The notes below the pieces were generated by a model. It saw only the letters and a list, made by a program, of their open reading frames with translations, made no database searches and was not told the DNA's origin. From the NCBI GenBank assembly GCA_964187785.1, contig OZ076409.1, positions 65,722,001 to 65,786,000 of the forward strand: DNA of 64,000 bases, given 5' to 3'. Shown here in pieces: positions 1 to 10,306 of the stretch. Position 1 is the first letter of the stretch. Each line of letters begins with the position of its first letter. Made by a program: the position numbers and the translations under genes. This stretch comes from Amphiscolops sp. MND2022 (taxonomy: Eukaryota).

Positions 1-119
1 CTCTTTGTTACTTTTTGATCCTGTGGAACTGATGAGGTTTGTTAATGATTGTGGAGAAGTCCTTTGTTCCAGCTTTTTTGGCTCTGTGCGTCTTTTTCCG
101 AAACCTTCATTTGGTACCA

Positions 120-367
120 CCCTCGCTTTCATAGATGATTTCGGCCTAAGAAAAAGTTTTGCGAGCTGAGAGACTTTTTCAAAAAAACCCTGAAAAATTT
201 CAAAAATTGGATTTTTTGTTTCGAGTTCGGAAAAAGTGGTTTGCGAGTCTTATGCGTATTCCTCGGGGGTATTTTTTGGCACTGAGAAATTGATAATAGT
301 TTTTAAAAAGTATCCGTTGCTTTAAGAAGCTTGAGCGGGGCGCTGACTTGAACCGGTCCCGGCTTGC
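120..367 (+). mobile_element. Partial Helentron-associated (HINE/DINE-1-like) non-autonomous element, 3' end
   Basis: Ends GCGCTGACTTGAACCGGTCCCGGCTTG, a variant of the subTIR+hairpin+CTTGTT end at 3350-3380. Start position uncertain. Confidence 0.45.
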
Positions 368-894
368 TATTCATAATCGGCGCTTTTAGTTAAATAAAAT
401 AATGAGAATGTCACTGTTACTTTTTTTCAAGACAGAAACGAAAGTGAAGAAACGGATACCGCGGACGCGGAAATGAAAATTGCTCGCGAGTTTTCAGTTC
501 GAATAGTATTCAGTATTCTGGCTTCCGAAACAAGAAAACGAAGTTCGAATTTTACTAGTGTCCAATTTTTCGCGCTTTTCTTTAGAGCTGGTCTCGGCTC
601 ATTATACATCGATATCACAATCAACATCAATGAGACAGAAATTCAATTATACTTTTGAAAAAGATTCCAATGTGTCACTTCAGCATGTAGCGATTCCCAT
701 TTTCCATATTAAGTGGTCAATGCTTTTTTCCAATTCCGTTGCAAAATTATTCCATTTTTATGATACGTTTTTTAGCTTTACCACCTTCATCAAACAAAGT
801 ATTTTATGAAGCAATCAACCTTCTGACAGTTCTATGTCTTCGCACTATGGTGGTTAGATTTTGCTCCAATGATTACAACAGACATGATACCTAG

Positions 895-1002
<108 letters not shown>

Positions 1003-2730
1003 TCTTTTTTCATTTTAAGATAGGTCTTATGAAAGAGTTATTAAAATCGATTCCACGGCAGAATGATTTCCAATTTTTGCGTGAAAACTAGTAAAATTTT
1101 GTATGAGAACAATAAAACTAATTGAAAACATCAAATTTCTTTTCAATAGAGTAGATGCACAAATTTTCAATTCACTGAAAATTGATTCCTGAAAAGTTCA
1201 AACTAATCGACGAGTTTACAGGATGTTGATTTCCAGCGGCGATCAATACATAAATTTTGAGTGTTGGTCGAGAATGAAGCCTAAGCTATTAATGTTTTTA
1301 ATTGCTGGAAATTGTCAATGCTTTCATACTCTATCGATTCGTTCTGAATATGAATGTTTAAAAATGTTTTCTTACGAAATGAACTTCCATCAACTTTATT
1401 ATACGGTTTAAATTTGAAGCTTTTAAAATCACTTCTCTACTTGTTTTTTTTTAATTTTCTAAAAATGACTTTTTCAAACAATTCTCATTCGAACTTCAAA
1501 TTTTGTCATCAGTCGTGGCGACGATAAACACATTTTCATCTGACTTCTTTGTTTCAATCGCAGTCGTTAAAGGTGATAGAAATGCGTATAGAAAACAATG
1601 AAAAGCCAATGCAAGATCTAATTTAACCGTTAAAACTTAGTCTGATTATACTGATAAAAATTGTTCAATCACAAAACCTGCTTCCCAAATTATACAAAAA
1701 CCTCGATGATCATTTAAGTCTCCTACAGTTGCATAAAAATGATCGATTGTTCACGTAGTGAAAAAACAATGACTGATATAAAAGACTGTATAAGGGCCAC
1801 TCTTGAATATAGTGGATCTGCACGAAGCTCCACGGGGTATTTTCTCGGGTTAATCTCCGGGTTTTTGTCTAGCCGGAAATTACCCTGACACTGATCTCAC
1901 GGTACCTACTGATTTTGAAAGCCTTTAGGTCATAACTCAGTCCCATCAAAAAACCCCATGCTACCGAAATTTTCAGTGAAAATCAACCAAACTAGCATTT
2001 TTTCAGTTTCCTTACTTTTTGCGACCGAATCGCCCATAAAGTTCATAATCTACAAATTTTTTTAAACAAAAGTGACGTTTCTTTTCAGTCATCCAAACCG
2101 TGATTGACATGAATAGGTTTTCCTTTGGGCCCATAATAAATGAGAAGTAGGCTTGAATAAAGATTGTTCTGTTCCTGAATTGATTGAACCATAGATTGCA
2201 ATTTCCGTGAGAGGATATTAGTTCAGATGCCAAATGCTTTTTCATGGGTAGGGAAGTTGCGGTACTTGTTTGATCCTCAAATATTTTAGACATAACCTAT
2301 CGATTACTGCAAAGTGGAAAGTTCACCCGAACAATTGAAGATGACTCGTAGAAATTATAATGCAAGAATGAGACGGATTTTCCAAAAATCAAACTGCCAT
2401 TCATTCCATTTCCGTGAATTGTAATCAAAGAAAGTAGTTCGAATTTCAGGGAATTCTTCCTGTATACACAAAAGGTAATTTTTAAATAATGCATCAACTT
2501 TAAAAGTTTTAAAAGGTTTAAACATTTAATATACAGATCAGAAATGGGAATGCATACTTTTTCCCAAATACAGAAACGTCGACATAGAAATTTTCCAAAT
2601 TTTCTTTTGCGCAGTTTCACAAGCATCTTAAAATATAATTTGCTTTAGCCAGCAAAGAAGATTTCCATGTCGAAATTTCTGTGTTTGCGAAAAAGTATGC
2701 ATTCCCAACATGACTTTTAACTTTGATATT

Positions 2731-3380
2731 TTTAGTCGGCGCTTCATGAAGTGAAACGCGACTATTATAGTGACTCTTTTTTTTCTATCCACACGAACTG
2801 ACCAAAATAGTTCTTAAAAGTTCTACAAAATATTATGGTGTCAAATTGCACCATTTGGCCTAGCGAACTGGACCAAAATGGTTTTACCTGTTTCTCCGCG
2901 TAACATACCATATCGGGCGAGACCAAAGAGTCCCCCCTTTCATTTTTTTTCGGCACTGCGAGACATTTTTTTTTCGGATTTTTTTTCGAAATCTTTTTTC
3001 CTCAAAGGGTCCCCCTGCATTTTTTTTGATGTTTTGCGACAGAATGGATGTTGGAAAATCCCAAAGGGCTCCTCCTTTCAGTTTTTTTTCGGCATTGTGA
3101 GATTTTTTCCCGAAGATAAAAAAAATTTTTTCTTCAATTTTTTCATGTTTTGCGACAGAATGGATGTTGAAAAACCTCAAAGGGTCCCCCTTTCAGTTTT
3201 TCGGCATTGTGAGACGTTAGCGCGCCAGTCGGTCCATTTTTTTAGTATGTAATTTTTTCAAAAAAAATTCGAAAAATTTTTGATTTTCGACTACTGTAAA
3301 AGAATACTTGACACTTGGAAGTCTTTTTGCTATTTTTGAGCCTTGGATATGGCGCCGACTTGGGCCGGTCCCGGCTTGTT
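2731..3380 (+). mobile_element. Helentron-associated (HINE/DINE-1-like) non-autonomous element, complete
   Basis: Starts TTTAGTCGGCGC in an imperfect palindrome (AGTCGGCGCTTCATGAAGTGAAACGCGACT). Ends with the inverted subterminal copy GCGCCGACT, a GCCGG-TC-CCGGC hairpin and CTTGTT. Internal AAAGGGTCCCCC/TTTTTCGGCA subrepeats. Confidence 0.7.
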
Positions 3381-3390
3381 CCTTTTTTGA

Positions 3391-3600
3391 TTGCATCGGA
3401 GCGATGGAAGGAAAATTCCGCGATAATGAAATAATGAAACTTCAGGATGTGGTTAAATCGTAGTTATCGTTAAGAAGCGTCCAACGGACGGGCTAACGTC
3501 CGTTTAACGTCATTTAGCGATAACTGGGATTTAACCATTTCCTGAAGTTTCATTATCTTCCAGAATCACTGAAATTTCCTTTCATAGCCCTCATGCAATT
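3391..3600. repeat. Decayed foldback/MITE-like inverted repeat
   Basis: ATAATGAAACTTCAGGA..GGTTAAATC..AACGGACG pairs with CGTCCGTT..GATTTAACC..TCCTGAAGTTTCATTAT. Confidence 0.7.
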
Positions 3601-5330
3601 TTTAAAAAATCTGAAAATAAAAAGTTATCCTCATGTTCAGAAACCTATACCGGGACGTCAGTTCAAAAAAGCCAAAGTGGTTTTATAGTTCAAGTTTTTC
3701 TCTACAAACATTTGCCTTAAGCGTTTTCAATGATTCGTTTTGAACTGAAAATTTTTTAATGGGAAATTCGCGATATTTTCAGGAATGCCTCAAGTTTGAG
3801 AAAAATAGCTGGTTGATAGTTCAGACAAATTCAGAGAATAGTTCGAGACATTAAGTTCTTTTACATGGCGTCACGAACATGCCTGCATCTCTTCAGAATG
3901 AAAGAAAAAAAACATTTTCGAAAAGTTTCATTTTACAAGCTTCATTTCTACAGCATAGAAAAATCTTACTGACTGAGCTTGCAGTTTTAAAAATTGATCA
4001 GAAATTTTGGGAAAGCCCCCAAACGGAGAATTTAACCTTTTCAGCAAAACCACCGCCTATGGTTTTGGCTTTGTATCGAATTTTCCCTTGAAAACCATTT
4101 CCAAGCTTTTAGATATGAGTATGAGCGGAAAACTCGAGTACGTTTACTTTGAGGATTGAAAAAAATCTAGTAAGATGCGAAATTCATCAAGTCATCAATT
4201 TTTTATCACTCAATCACAGCAATTTTTCCATAGGTAAATTGCAGTAATTTTGGGAATGGATACTACAAAGAGAATAGGGGAAAATTGATTTTTTATAATG
4301 ACTCTAAAAGAAACCCGCGCGGACTAAATTAAAACGCTGCTTTTCATGAATTTAAGAAGCATAAAGACGCCAACAAAAAGACATTTCCTTTCTAGTTTTT
4401 AATCAATTGCTAGTAATTGATCAATCGGTGCGCGGTATTTTAATTTGGGGATAGAACTTGCGAGAAGAAAAGAATGAAAACATTTCGAAGAAAGAGATAT
4501 CGGAATGGCAACATGTAAGAATATTGCTTTTCTTGCTAAACTTGAAACTGGTCGATTGAAATATTTTGGTTACATTCGTCCTTTAATTACATTTCAGAAA
4601 TGTATAATTGAAGCAGACTGTATATTTTTTCTCTTGAAGCGGGAGTAATTCACAATGCATATATCACGCATAAGATGTCATTAAAAAGATTGAAATTCAA
4701 CACTGAGCGATAAACTGCACTATGGCGAACGTATTTACTTGTAACTGTACCATACGAAATATATGATTCAAAAAGATTTAGACGGGAAATAGGAATCGCT
4801 TTTTGATTAGTTTTCAGAGGGTGAGAAACTTGAGTGACACACGTCCAAGAAATGAGTTATGAAGTTTTCATTTTTCAGACTTGCGTGCGCAATTAATAAT
4901 TCGGAATAGATTGCCAGCCAAATTGGTCAATTGATAAGATACGTTAATCACAAATGAATACTTAATCACTTCCTTTACGTTTTTGGGAAATGTTAAAACA
5001 ATACATCTGGGGTTGATTACTTGTCATGTGGAATATTTTGAGACAGTGCAAAGGAATTCTCGTGAAATGAATCTATTTTTTTTCGAATCCCATTTTGAAG
5101 TCATCAAAAGAACATTTTTTCCGAGAAGAATGGTTCGAACAATACTGAGGGGGAGCATAATGTAGTGATTAGAGCATTCAGCAAGTCTTGGAGGGATGTA
5201 TGAGGTGAATGCAACTCTTTGAAAGCACCGTCGTTGGGCCATAAGAGAGTTCATCATCCATAGCTTAGTGGTGTCATGAAAGACAAGAACCAACTTTTCG
5301 GCGCAGAAAAATATAGACAGGCGCCACTAT

Positions 5331-5950
5331 TTTTAGTCGGCGCATTTTAGTAGAAAAAAAGGCCCGATTTTTCAGTGGCTAGTTTTTGTCGTCCGATAAC
5401 GGAATGTATGTGTAGTGAACACTTTTTACAGAAACTGCTAAACCACTTGGAAATGCCACCAAGTCAGGCCAGCGGAAATGCATCGAAGTAAGTGCAAAAG
5501 GTTCCCCCTTTGATGTTTTCCTTTTTTAACGTAACATGCAAAACCGGATTAAAGGGCCCGTTTTATTTTTTTTCGGCCCTGTGCGACTTTTGTTCGACAA
5601 TTTTTTAATGTCTCCAAAAGGACCCTTCAATTTTCGGGATAGTTTGCAACAGAATGGGTGTCGAAAATGTTCCCTCTTACATTTTTCGGCACTATGAGAC
5701 AAAATTCTCACTTTTTGTCTGATATTAGATTTTCTATCCAACAATAATTTTTTTCAATACCTTCCGGAGTTTTAGCGTTATTTCCGAAGCAAATTGCGTT
5801 TCACTAAAGAGGAGGACGATGTTCGGAAAAAGCGCGCCCATGTGGCCCAGCACCCTTTATACGAACTTCTAAACACTTTTTTATCAGTTTACCATTCAAC
5901 AAAAAAGTCTTATTCAAAATTTGCTTCCGAAAAAATTTTCAAAAAAAGTC
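5331..5950 (+). mobile_element. HINE-like element, 3'-truncated
   Basis: TTTTAGTCGGCGC 5' subTIR followed by family-type internal subrepeats. No hairpin/CTTGTT end seen, so the end is approximate. Confidence 0.5.
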
Positions 5951-6092
5951 TCGTAGGACAAACAAAAGAGTAGGTCTGTTTCACTATTATAGAGAAAACT
6001 CTCTTCAGTTCCCCAGTGGCAAAAATATTCAATGAGGTCACCCTTAAGACTCGGAAAAGGGTTTTCATTAAAGAAAACCCCAAAACAAAACT

Positions 6093-7180
6093 AACAAGCC
6101 GGGAGCAGCCCATATCGGCACCATATCTAAGGCTCAAAAATAGCAAACTTCAAAGTGTAAAAGTATTGGTGAATTGGGGACCCTTTTATAAAAAAGATTT
6201 TGAAAAAAGACTCACAATGCCGAAAAAACTGAAAGGGGGGACCTTTGGTCTCGTCCGGTATTGTATGTTACGAGGGAAACCTTTGTGGTTCAGTTCCTTG
6301 GGCCAACGGGTACAACTTTGGGGTAGAACTATTTTGGTCACTTCAGGTGCATCGAAAATTTTTTTTAAAAACACTGACGAAAAGCCATGACTATGGTCGA
6401 TTCTTTTCTCTAGAGAAGCGCCAACCAAAAATAATTTGGAAAAATCTCACAATGCCGAAAATAGTAAAAGGGGCTTTGGGGCTTTTGAAAATCTAACTTG
6501 ATGCGAAATATAAAAAAGAATTGAAGGGGGACCCTTTGGAGAGAATAAAATTTTTTCGAAAAAAAAACGAAAAATGAGAATTTGGAACAGTCACAGTGTC
6601 AAAAAATGTAATAAGGGGACCCTTTGGGATTTTTCGAACATCCATTCTGTTGCAAAATATCAAAAAGTTGAAGGGGTACTCTTTGGAGACTTTGAAAAAT
6701 TTTCGCAAAAAAAGTCGCATAAAGCCGAAATAACGAGCACAAAAAAGTGCGAGGCTCGAACCCAAACCTTAAAATTCCTGATTAACCTCGTGGCAGTAGA
6801 AGTTACAAGTTTAATGTGGCAGTAATTAGTAGAAGGAACAGCCTATAAAACTTATTGTATTTGAACTAAAAAACGCTTATCAACACAAACGCTACAAGAC
6901 CACTGTGAACCACATATCAAAAGTTGGACTTTTAGTGGGATAAAAATTCACAGAAAATGCCGCACAGTTTCAAAAGCCCAAAGAGGGGACTTTTCGGGCC
7001 ATTCAATTCAGATAAAAACGTAAACTAATCAAAGATGGACTTGTTGCCCCCTTTTATTAGATTCCCTCTAGATCTTGAGCTAAAAGAGCTCAAAAATTCA
7101 CGGTGAGGTCGGTGGTCTGGCGAAATAAGGTTGCTAATGTGAAAGTTGGTCACTTTTCCTTAAAAAATGCGCCAACTAAG
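6093..7180 (-). mobile_element. Compound HINE-like element(s)
   Basis: AACAAGCCGGG...ATCGGCACCATATCTAAGGCTCAAAAATAGC end at 6093. Two subTIR-type ends: GCGCCAACC at ~6426 and GCGCCAACT at ~7177. Confidence 0.6.
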
Positions 7181-7308
7181 AACACATCAAATAAACGCGG
7201 AGTTCATCAGAGGTGAAATTTGAAGTCGGTCAAGTTTTTACTGGTGCTAGAATTGAAGGGGTGAGCTTGCTATGTTATATAGACAAGTTGGGTCGTTGTA
7301 TACTTTCA

Positions 7309-7752
7309 AAACAAGCCGGGAACGGCATCAGTCGGCGCCATATCTAATGCTCAAAAATAGCAAAATGACTTCAAAGTGTCAAGTATTCTTTTACAGTACC
7401 TGAAAAGCCTGACCCCTGGCGCTCTAAAAGGGGGACCCTTTCGGATTTTTCAACATTTCTGTCGCAAAACATCAAAAAAATTGAGGGGGCACCCTTTGGG
7501 GAAAATAAGTTTTTTTTCGAAAAAAGTCAATGTCAAAAAAAACTGAACAGGGGGATCATTTAGTGTCGCCCGGTATCGTATGTTACGGTGAAAAAAGGAA
7601 AAACCTTTTTGGGTCAGTTCGCTATTTCAAATGGTTCAATTTGGCACCATAAAATTTCGTAGAACTTTGTAGAACTTTTTTCGTCAGTTCGTGTGGATTG
7701 AAAATAGAGTGACTATAATAGCCGCGTTTCACTTCATGAAGCGCCGACTAAA
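7309..7752 (-). mobile_element. HINE-like element, complete
   Basis: AACAAGCCGGG..AGTCGGCGCCATATC at one end and CGCGTTTCACTTCATGAAGCGCCGACTAAAA at the other. Reverse-complement relative of 2731-3380. Confidence 0.7.
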
Positions 7753-7840
7753 AATAGTTGTAACTCCTCAATTTTATCCCTAAAACCTCAAAATACTAAG
7801 ATTTTTAACCGTTGTACCTTTGGGACACATTAATTTAAAT

Positions 7841-8202
7841 TGTTGCGTTCACAATAAGATTAAAATTGAACTGACCAATAACAAGGCGCTATGGCGAAAT
7901 AGGTTAGTGCGCTTTATTCTAAAGCCGTAGATCGCGGGTTCGAATCCCGGTAACTGAAAATATTTAGTACTTACAAAAATAGAAAAAATAAATGTTTTTC
8001 TATTCATTACTCATTTGCTATCTCGAAGTTATGTTTATTAATATTTGTCAACAACTGTATGCTCATTTATCAGTTTTGTCATTTTGTACAGATTAACTGT
8101 TTCGTCATTGTGGGCCGATAATACATTGAGAAATAGAGTGTTGCCTTTTTCCTATTTTTCAAATAGAGAAGACGAGATAACTGCCGAATGTTATTTCTTT
8201 TA
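7841..8202 (+). repeat. BEL/Pao 5' LTR (362 bp, TG...TA)
   Basis: Direct repeat of 16920-17280. Differences seen: one A indel and GAGAAG vs GAAGAG. Confidence 0.95.
7885..7956 (+). ncRNA. tRNA-derived module with Pol III A and B boxes inside the 5' LTR
   Basis: GGCGCTA TGGCGAAATAGGTTAGTGCG ... AGATC GCGGG TTCGAAT CCCGG with canonical tRNA spacing. Acceptor and anticodon stems do not pair canonically. First T5 run at 7995-7999. Confidence 0.7.
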
Positions 8203-8219
8203 TGGTGGCCATAGAGAGG
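8203..8219 (+). promoter_or_regulatory. Primer binding site of BEL element (possibly tRNA-Ile type)
   Basis: TGGTGGCCATAGAGAGG directly after the LTR. Its complement ends GGCCACCA like eukaryotic tRNA-Ile(AAU); the isotype is inferred. Confidence 0.85.
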
Positions 8220-9203
8220 CATTATCAAAAACCCATTTATGTTCAAAAATTCTTGTTCTTGTTTTCAATTTGCGTGAAACCTGGTTCAATGATTCCTCAA
8301 CCTGTGATATAACTTTCAGTGAATAATAATTAAGAAATTATAAGTTTGCATCTAGTCGACATTGCAGAAGGACTTTACTTTATTTCACTTGAAATGTGTA
8401 CCTGTTCTGTTCCCTCCAGTTGAATAATCCCTCAAGTGACCCAAATTATTTCTACTTTACTTACTGAGAATGACGAAAGCGGATCTGTTCTCACGCCATG
8501 CAAGGTGTCTTATCATTGGAACAACACGAAACAAATCCTTCAGCTTTCACTTGAATTTCAATCGGTGTTCCCTATATTTTGATTATTAGAGAAAAGCGTT
8601 ATCTTTGGCGTTGCCCCAAATCCTGGACAATTGAAAGATTCCCAACCGTCGCAGCCGCTGCCTGCGAACCAGAGGTCCCGGGATCGTTCCCTGGCGTCGA
8701 CGCCAAACGACGAAGCCACAGCAGCACTGGATCCAGTGGTATTTTTCCAAGGCCTCTTCAATCAAAGTGATCTTCAATCAAATCTGGATCCTTTTAACCA
8801 GTGACCACCGAAGCCCGACGGTAACCCTCGAAGGCTCGAAGGTGCCCCCGAACCCTGACGGTGCCCTCGGAACCCCCTCCGAAAGTACCCTAGAAGCCCC
8901 CGGTCGTGAGTAACTGAGAAAACTTGAAAAACTTAGCCCTTATATTATTTTAAAGTTCATTTTCGAGATAGCAAAACTTTCAGAATGAATTTCTAGGTAC
9001 AGGTACTCAATCTGTCCAAACAGTTGTTATAGATAAACTGTTCTATTGTCTGAATAGCGCACCAGAGTAAACCAGTTTTTCGAAAAAGTTTTCGAAAAAA
9101 CAAGTTTTCAAAAAAACAGTTTTTAGAAAGGAAAACATTTTGTCAATTTTCTAACGCTGCGCATTTTTCCTATAAGCGAAAGCAATCGATAAGGAAAAAA
9201 CAC

Positions 9204-9950
9204 ATGGTTTTCATATTAGCAGCTAGTTCTTTAAATCATGCTTTGGAAACATTAAGCACCGAAGAAAAAACTCGATATGACGACAAAATTTTTTCAATCC
9301 CGGGCCTGAGTCTGAACAAAAACACCAAAAATCCGAGAAAAATTGTTCAAAATTTGCTTTCCAAAGATCTGAAAGAGAAAAACAATATTGTTATATGGCA
9401 TGATGTTTTAAATAACAGCATTTCTCGACATGAAAGCAACAATTTTCAAGCACTAACTGCGTCACAATTGATTGATGAGTTGAAAGGCCTTCAGAACAAG
9501 CTCAGTGCTCTGGTTTATTGCCAACGACATCGCACGCCGAACATTTTTGAGGATTTGAATGTTTTGAAAACCGATCATAACATTGAAGTATTCAGCATCG
9601 TGGAGGATTTCATTTCGTCGAAAAAACAAAAGAATCCGGAACTTTTGAAAAAATATAAGGCTTTACACCAGAGTCCTGAACTCGATCTGAAAAGTCTTGA
9701 TTTCATTCTACGGAAAGAAAATCAACTATCCGCCATCACCGACAAAAGCCGTCAAAGAGGCCTAGCAAGCGTGCCCGCAACGCTGCAAAAAGGGCTTCCC
9801 CGAACACTTCTCAGTGAACACCGCCCCCCCCATACCTTGTTAACCGTTGTAGAGACAGTGTCCAAACTTAATTGTTTGGTTGAAATCTCTACTCGCAATC
9901 CTTCGTCTTCAGGGTTGTGTCCAGTCTTCATTGACTGGTTGATACCTTGA
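9204..9950 (+). CDS. Accessory ORF of BEL element, SGNH/GDSL-hydrolase-like fold (3' end possibly frameshifted)
   Basis: ATG-initiated ORF between PBS and gag. VFILAASSL, SIPGLSL, IVIWHDVLNNSI and KALHQSPE occur in the order and spacing of SGNH blocks I, II, III, V. Confidence 0.65.
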   Translation: MVFILAASSLNHALETLSTEEKTRYDDKIFSIPGLSLNKNTKNPRKIVQNLLSKDLKEKNNIVIWHDVLNNSISRHESNNFQALTASQLIDELKGLQNKLSALVYCQRHRTPNIFEDLNVLKTDHNIEVFSIVEDFISSKKQKNPELLKKYKALHQSPELDLKSLDFILRKENQLSAITDKSRQRGLASVPATLQKGLPRTLLSEHRPPHTLLTVVETVSKLNCLVEISTRNPSSSGLCPVFIDWLIP

Positions 9951-10246
9951 AAACTCAGTCTTCGCCTTCCTCGACTGTCAGAATAGTGTCCGGACTTAAT
10001 TGACCGGTTGAAATCCTGGCAGTACCGTTCCCCTCTCACCTTTCCCACTGAGTTAGCGCCTTCAGCGCACCTTTAAGTCCTTTGTCTTCGTCCTCGTAGT
10101 CCCAGACTACTTTTAACCCAAACAAAAAAATCTTCCACGCTTCGTGCAGAAGCACTACTGTCAACCGTTACATTACTGGTAACAAAAGCCCCCTTTTTCG
10201 GATACTGATCCTTTTGGACTGTGTCCAGACTTAACTGTTTGGTTGA
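9858..10246 (+). promoter_or_regulatory. Four copies of a 26-nt hairpin motif upstream of gag
   Basis: GTGT-[6-bp stem]-TT(A/C)A(T/C)T-[stem]-TTGA at 9858, 9917, 9986 and 10221, with compensatory stem changes. Confidence 0.75.
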
Positions 10247-10306
10247 CGCCCAAAAAGATTCTGTTCCAATTTTGATTGAAGTTGTTTGACTAATTTCCGA
10301 TTAACG

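Noticed and set aside
2765..6825. K/F-rich short ORFs such as MPKKNERGDSL.. and KKLKGGTFGLVRYC..
   Set aside because: Translations of HINE-like subrepeats with A/T runs, not genes.
7885..7956. Amber suppressor tRNA (CTA at the anticodon position)
   Set aside because: Anticodon and acceptor stems do not pair at canonical positions. Treated as a tRNA-derived promoter module, not a functional tRNA.
8045..8326. Short ORFs repeated in LTRs (8045/17123 and 26433/44776)
   Set aside because: They recur only because the LTRs are duplicated; no coding features.
8498..8770. Possible further small ORF in the BEL leader (MQGVLSLEQ..FT*ISIGVPYILIIREKRYLW..)
   Set aside because: Interrupted by a stop and has no recognisable motif. 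Needs a family consensus.
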